This document shows positions 59,227 to 64,000 of a DNA stretch of 64,000 bases, in pieces. Position 1 is the stretch's first letter. Every line of letters starts with the position of its first letter. The DNA comes from Alphaproteobacteria bacterium. Its GTDB lineage: Bacteria > Pseudomonadota > Alphaproteobacteria > GM7ARS4 > G965262615. Below the pieces are notes generated by a model. The model searched no databases, was not told the DNA's origin, and saw only the letters and a list, made by a program, of their open reading frames with translations. Location: positions 1,184,001-1,248,000 of the forward strand of contig OZ253545.1 in NCBI GenBank assembly GCA_965262615.1. Direction: 5' to 3'. The translations under genes were made by a program, and so were the position numbers.

Positions 59227-60771
59227 TTACTCCGCAAGGACATCTTCACGATGAGACTCCGGAAACACATCCTGAGGGCGTACCTCGCCACGGTAGTCAT
59301 CCTCACTGATGCTGGTATGTTTGTAGCTCTCAAAGGAGATGCTGGCTTCATTAAACTTAAGGGTAATGACTCCTGTTTGACCGTTGCGATATTTGGCAAT
59401 AAAGACATTAGCTTTATGGCGACACGCCTCAAATTCGTCTCTCATCCCCGCATCAATTTCCTCGCCCTGTGTTTCCATTTTTTTGATTTGAGACGCGAGA
59501 TAATACGCCTTTCTGTGAATTAAAAGCACAATATCGGCATCTTGCTCAATAGAACCCGAATCTCGCAAATCCGATAGTTTCGGCACATGGTCACCGCCGC
59601 GAATTTCCGATTGACGAGACAACTGTGACATCGCCAACACCGGTACATCCAGCTCTTTGGCAATGGCTTTGAGTCCGCGACTGATTTCAGAGACTTCCTG
59701 CACCCTGCCCTGACGGCGTGACTCTGCCGAGCCCGCCATCAATTGCAAATAATCCACCACAATAAGGGATAATTTCTTTTTGCGCTTGAGCCGTCGCGCC
59801 TCCGAGCGCAACTGGGCGATGGTCAATGTGGGGGTGTCATAAAAACACAATGGCAGAGAGCGTAAAACCTTGTTTTGCTCACCCAATTCCTTGAGTCCTT
59901 CCTCCGTCATTTTTCCGCCCAACATTTTTTCCACATCATGCTTAAACGCCGCCGCCAACATACGAATCGCTAACTGCATCGTCGACATCTCCAGCGAGAA
60001 AAATGCCACCGTCCCACCAGATGAACCATCGGACTTTTTATTGTTTGCCACATTCAAAGCAATGGTGCATGCCAGTGCCGTCTTGCCCATGCCGGGGCGA
60101 GCCGCCAAAACAATCAAATCCGTCTTACGCAAGCCTCCCAAAGCATTGTCTAAATTCTTCAAATCCGTCTCCAAGCCAAAATTCCCATCCTTTATTTGAT
60201 GCAGATGCTCAATTCCCTTGTTTGCCACCACACCAAAATCTTCCATTGATGCCAGCGTGTGATCCTCCATCAATTTCATCAATTGTCCCTCTGTCTGATC
60301 CACCACAGCATGCGCCGTCTCATAATCACGGTGATTAATCGCTGTGCCCATCAACTGACGACCAATAGTCACCAGTTCCCGACGCTGATATAAATCACGC
60401 ACCATGCGCGCATGCCCTTCCGCATGGGCAGTGCCATAATTCACCTGATCCACTAATTTTGATACATAGTCTTTGCACTCTTTGGCATCATCAAAGAGTT
60501 TCTGACTTTGCAAACACAGTGCCACCCCATGATGGTCAATGACCCGACTGCCATCCCTTAATATTTCACAGGCATCATAAATCGCCCTGTGGCGTGGGTC
60601 GTAAAAATGCTCTTGCTTCACAATGAGCGACACATCATCCAACAAATCGGGATATAAAAACACGATGCCCAGCAATTCTCGTTCTAACTGGATGTCATAC
60701 GCGCGTGAAAACTCCGCTTGAGTCTCATTGGCAGTGGTTTTGGCAGTGGCTGATGCAACCCGTGCCATCAA
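59227..60771 (-). CDS. dnaB: Replicative DNA helicase
   Basis: ARPGMGKT, FSLEM, VDYLQLM, SQLSR and DLRDSGSIEQDAD motifs. Confidence 0.97.
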   Translation of the reverse strand: MMARVASATAKTTANETQAEFSRAYDIQLERELLGIVFLYPDLLDDVSLIVKQEHFYDPRHRAIYDACEILRDGSRVIDHHGVALCLQSQKLFDDAKECKDYVSKLVDQVNYGTAHAEGHARMVRDLYQRRELVTIGRQLMGTAINHRDYETAHAVVDQTEGQLMKLMEDHTLASMEDFGVVANKGIEHLHQIKDGNFGLETDLKNLDNALGGLRKTDLIVLAARPGMGKTALACTIALNVANNKKSDGSSGGTVAFFSLEMSTMQLAIRMLAAAFKHDVEKMLGGKMTEEGLKELGEQNKVLRSLPLCFYDTPTLTIAQLRSEARRLKRKKKLSLIVVDYLQLMAGSAESRRQGRVQEVSEISRGLKAIAKELDVPVLAMSQLSRQSEIRGGDHVPKLSDLRDSGSIEQDADIVLLIHRKAYYLASQIKKMETQGEEIDAGMRDEFEACRHKANVFIAKYRNGQTGVITLKFNEASISFESYKHTSISEDDYRGEVRPQDVFPESHREDVLAE

Positions 60772-61340
60772 TCCTCACTTGTTTCCGCTTCAATTGCTTG
60801 TTTGACTTCTTTTTTTGCCGGCACGCCCCTGTCCTTTTCATCGGAGGGCTCACTGTGAGGCTCACGGTGCGCCTTCCATTGGGTCTGTGCTTCATCGTCA
60901 TTGCGCGCGACATTCAGCCTAACAGACACCGTCACATCGGCATGCAGCACCAGCACACATGAATGAATCCCCACCTCCTTGATGCGATCGGACAGCATAA
61001 TCCGCTCCGAAGGAATCTCATGTCCCTGCTCTTTGAGCAATTCCTTCACATCACGCACCGAGACCGAACCGTACAGCTGCCCACTCTCGCTCGCCTGTCT
61101 GATGAAGTTCAGAGCCAAATCCTGCAATTGGTTTTTCTTCTGCTCGGCTTGTTGAAGAGCCTCTTGATCTTTTTTCTCCAGCTCGGCTCGTTTTTTCTCC
61201 ATTTCTTGAATGTTGTGTTTGGTTGCCCGCAGAGCCTTGCCTTGTGGCAAAAGATAGTTGCGAGCATAACCACGGCGCACGGCGACCACATCGCCGATGC
61301 CTCCGAGGCTGCGGATGCGATCCAGCAAGACAATATGCAT
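60768..61340 (-). CDS. rplI: 50S ribosomal protein L9
   Basis: GYARNYLLP and QLYGSV motifs. Confidence 0.97.
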   Translation of the reverse strand: MHIVLLDRIRSLGGIGDVVAVRRGYARNYLLPQGKALRATKHNIQEMEKKRAELEKKDQEALQQAEQKKNQLQDLALNFIRQASESGQLYGSVSVRDVKELLKEQGHEIPSERIMLSDRIKEVGIHSCVLVLHADVTVSVRLNVARNDDEAQTQWKAHREPHSEPSDEKDRGVPAKKEVKQAIEAETSED

Positions 61341-61351
61341 TGCCGATGATT

Positions 61352-61390
61352 TCATCGCACATTTCTCATCGCACATTTCTCACCGCACAT
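61352..61390. repeat. 14-bp tandem repeat copying the rpsR stop region
   Basis: TCATCGCACATTTC x2 (61352-61379) next to TCACCGCACAT, the rpsR end. Confidence 0.85.
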
Positions 61391-61628
61391 AGGGCAACAG
61401 AGCCAAAAAACGCGCCCGTTTCACAGCCACTGCCAGTTCCTTTTGTTTTTTGCGTGAGACATAGGTGATGCGGGAGGGCAAAATCTTGCCGCTTTCCGAC
61501 AAATAACGATTGAGCAGTTTAATGTCCTTGTAGTCCACGGCGGGCGCGCCCGGTAGCGACAACGGACACGCCTTCTTGCGCAAACGCAAGGGTGATGACG
61601 AACGACTTTGCGAACGATGCTCCATCAT
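61380..61628 (-). CDS. rpsR: 30S ribosomal protein S18
   Basis: [16 protein letters not shown] and [11 protein letters not shown] motifs. Confidence 0.98.
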   Translation of the reverse strand: MMEHRSQSRSSSPLRLRKKACPLSLPGAPAVDYKDIKLLNRYLSESGKILPSRITYVSRKKQKELAVAVKRARFLALLPYVR

Positions 61629-61987
61629 GATGCTCCCTGCTTTGTCAATTCCTTCTCTTTTTCCTTATGACGAGTGAGAAAGACCGAATCCTCCTTGCTG
61701 ATTTCATCAATGCGGGTGGTGAGAAAACGCAAGTTATCTTCATTGAGTTTCATGCGGCGTTCCAGCTCAGCCACCGCCTCATGCGGCGCGTCCAGCTGAA
61801 ATAAAAAATAGTGCCCTTTTTTGTTCTTTCTGATGGGATACGCCAGCGGCAACAATCCCCACTGTTCGCTCTTTTGCACCTGACCGCCCAATTCCTTGAT
61901 GACCTTCTGATAGCCGTCACCAAGCCCCGATGCCGCCTCAGGGGATAAATCACCTCGCATGATAAACACAAGCTCATAAAAAGCCAT
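61625..61987 (-). CDS. rpsF: 30S ribosomal protein S6
   Basis: [11 protein letters not shown]...LAYPI and ELERRM motifs. Confidence 0.97.
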   Translation of the reverse strand: MAFYELVFIMRGDLSPEAASGLGDGYQKVIKELGGQVQKSEQWGLLPLAYPIRKNKKGHYFLFQLDAPHEAVAELERRMKLNEDNLRFLTTRIDEISKEDSVFLTRHKEKEKELTKQGAS

Positions 61988-62080
61988 CGCGACCTCTCGG
62001 GTTGTTCCGTTATTGACACCTTGACTGTTGAGAAAGTCGCCCAACAGGCTATGATGCACTCTACGCCAATTGCAAAAAAT

Positions 62081-63391
62081 ATGCAAGCAATGAATGACAG
62101 CAAACACAAAAAACCATCATCACCTTTGGGACAATTGCTTGTTTCTCGCCGTTTTGCGCCGTTATTTGTGGTGCAGTGGTGTGGGGCGTTTAATGATAAT
62201 TTGCTCAAGCAAGCGATTATTTTGCAGATTGTGTTTGGCGCGCCCCATCTGGATGGCGGCGTGTGGGCGGCGGTGGCGATGGCGTTGTTTATTGTGCCCT
62301 TTTTTATCGTCTCGCCTGTGGCGGGCGTGCTGGCAGACACCCATGACAAGGCTCAGCTCACGCGCTTTTTGAAACTCGCGGAAATTGCCATCGCCTCAAT
62401 AGCGGGATGGGCATTGCTGCAAAACAATGTGTGGCTATGGCTGGTGGTGTTGTTTTTCATGGGAGTGCAATCGGCGTTTTTTGGCGCGATCAAATACGCC
62501 ATTTTGCCCGAATACCTTGCCAAAAAAGAACTGTTGAGCGGCAATGCCTTGGTGGAGGCGGGAACATTCATCGCCATTTTAGCGGGAACTTTATTGGCGG
62601 GCATTCTTTTGATTCACACCGATGGCATGGCGGATGTCATCGCCGTGCTGGTGACAATCGCGGTGCTGGGTTATGGCGCAAGTGTGGTGATGCCAGCAAC
62701 GCCGCGACGCGCGCGCCTATCGCTGTGGGCATGGCAGCCATTGCGGCAGACGCTTTTTTTTGTCATGGAAAAACGCGCCTTGCTCTATGGCATCATCGCC
62801 ATCTCGTTGTTTTTTCTGACGGCATCGGTGGTGGTGACCCAATTGCCCCAATTCGTGCACACCGTGATGGGCGGCGATGAGGCGGTGGCTAATCTATTGT
62901 TTGCATTGTTTGCGGTGGGCATTGCGGTGGGGTCATTGCTCATTCGCTGGCTTTTGCGCGGCGAGATTGCGGTGCGCTATGCCCCCTATGGCTTGTTTTT
63001 CATGAGCCTGTTTCTCGCAGACGCGGCAATGGTGCATTTTAGCTCCCCCATTGTGCCTCATGCCGATACGATGACCCTCGCCGATATGCTGGCGTTTCCA
63101 TATCTCCGCATTGCCGTTGATTTGTTTCTGCTCGCGGTGGCGGCGGGATTTTATGTTGTGCCCTGTTATGCCCTGTTGCAAATTCATAGCACCAATGACA
63201 TGCGCGCTCGCGTGATCGCCCTCAGCAACATGAGCGATGCGTTTTTTATCGTGCTGGGCGCAGGACTCTCACTGGCAGTGCTGACGGTGTTGACAGTCGC
63301 GAATTTGTGGATACTGATGGCGATTCTCAATCTGATGACCATTGAAATCATTCGGCGACTCCATCGCGTTACTTTTGAGGGTCACCAATAA
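62081..63391 (+). CDS. MFS transporter, LplT/Aas-type (lysophospholipid transport)
   Basis: RRFAPLF..Q..GAFNDNLLK, KYAILP, GNALVEAGTF and RARVIA motifs; no acyltransferase domain. Confidence 0.85.
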   Translation: MQAMNDSKHKKPSSPLGQLLVSRRFAPLFVVQWCGAFNDNLLKQAIILQIVFGAPHLDGGVWAAVAMALFIVPFFIVSPVAGVLADTHDKAQLTRFLKLAEIAIASIAGWALLQNNVWLWLVVLFFMGVQSAFFGAIKYAILPEYLAKKELLSGNALVEAGTFIAILAGTLLAGILLIHTDGMADVIAVLVTIAVLGYGASVVMPATPRRARLSLWAWQPLRQTLFFVMEKRALLYGIIAISLFFLTASVVVTQLPQFVHTVMGGDEAVANLLFALFAVGIAVGSLLIRWLLRGEIAVRYAPYGLFFMSLFLADAAMVHFSSPIVPHADTMTLADMLAFPYLRIAVDLFLLAVAAGFYVVPCYALLQIHSTNDMRARVIALSNMSDAFFIVLGAGLSLAVLTVLTVANLWILMAILNLMTIEIIRRLHRVTFEGHQ

Positions 63392-64000
63392 ATACTTGTA
63401 TATCGGCGACATTCGTTCCCGTATCTCTTCTTGGAATCAAGTCATCCGATGCCTTGAGAGCATGATAGGAATTGTTGTTGTCCAATTCTTTTTGTGGGTC
63501 AATGCCCGCCTTTCTCATGCGTTGTAGCGATTGATGATCCACCACGCCGCCCGCGGCTTCGGTGGGTCCATCGCGCCCGTCCGTGCCGCCCGACAGAAAC
63601 ACCCACTCCTTGTAGCGTTCCTGCAATTTTTGTTCCTCTGCTTGCAAGGCAAATAGCAAAGCCAATTCTTGATTGCGTCCCCCCAAACCATCGCCCGTGA
63701 TGTTGACGGTGGTCTCACCCCCCGAAATTTCAATGCAAAGCTTCTCTTTGTTTTTAATGGCACTCACCATTGATTTTGCGGACGATTTAACCTCATCAGT
63801 AATGGGGTAATTCCAAAGAGAAATTGATGCTGCTTTTTGACGCGCAGCCAAAATGCTTTTTTTGTTAGAGCCTCCTATGTAGCCTAACACATGGTTAAAT
63901 TTTTCCTCATCATCAGGTGTCTCTTCAATCTTACCATCACGCCCATCCTGCAAGCGTTCTTGGACACTGGCGGGCAATTCATCCCACAACTTGTATTTGT
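63369..64000 (-). CDS. Glycerate kinase type 2 (MOFRL) C-terminal part; 5' end outside the window
   Basis: SGGETTV, GGRNQELAL, GTDGRDGPT and TGTNVADI motifs. Confidence 0.9.
   Translation of the reverse strand, partial: KYKLWDELPASVQERLQDGRDGKIEETPDDEEKFNHVLGYIGGSNKKSILAARQKAASISLWNYPITDEVKSSAKSMVSAIKNKEKLCIEISGGETTVNITGDGLGGRNQELALLFALQAEEQKLQERYKEWVFLSGGTDGRDGPTEAAGGVVDHQSLQRMRKAGIDPQKELDNNNSYHALKASDDLIPRRDTGTNVADIQVFIGDPQK

Noticed and set aside
59227-60771. Intein in DnaB
   Set aside because: Normal length with contiguous helicase motifs.
61988-62040. S6:S18 autoregulatory leader RNA
   Set aside because: A CCC precedes the SD, but the required hairpin could not be established by eye.

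Overview
Compact, gene-dense chromosome segment of a divergent alphaproteobacterium. The assignment rests on gene order and on alpha-type ALA synthase, Cpa/Tad and CtrA-like genes. Pervasive ATGA/TGATG gene overlaps and strongly drifted proteins suggest a host-associated lineage (inference). Contents: the start of the dcw cluster (mraZ-rsmH-ftsL-ftsI-murE); thiOSG-rplU-rpmA-obg-proBA-nadD-rsfS; a CtrA-like regulator with a degenerate receiver; pabBC, panBC and ggt; three tRNAs; a frameshifted thrC; yebC-ruvCAB-ybgC with a reduced tol-pal set; hemA; an 11-gene Tad/Cpa pilus locus with no Flp pilin; dsbA-cysK-sseA-metC; argJ-mutT-ABC-yfgM-bamB-der; a flavocytochrome c sulfide dehydrogenase operon; and rpsF-rpsR-rplI-dnaB-mlaEF-cvpA-purF. 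Most notable: (1) an AT-rich PabI-family (restriction glycosylase) R-M cassette with a gutted R gene, sitting where radA normally lies; (2) a recurring pattern of tandem duplications anchored on stop codons; (3) degenerate Tol-Pal and FtsI; (4) a pseudo-receiver CtrA-like protein. No CRISPR array, transposase, integrase, reverse transcriptase or rRNA was seen. All family assignments come from motif recognition by eye, not from database searches.
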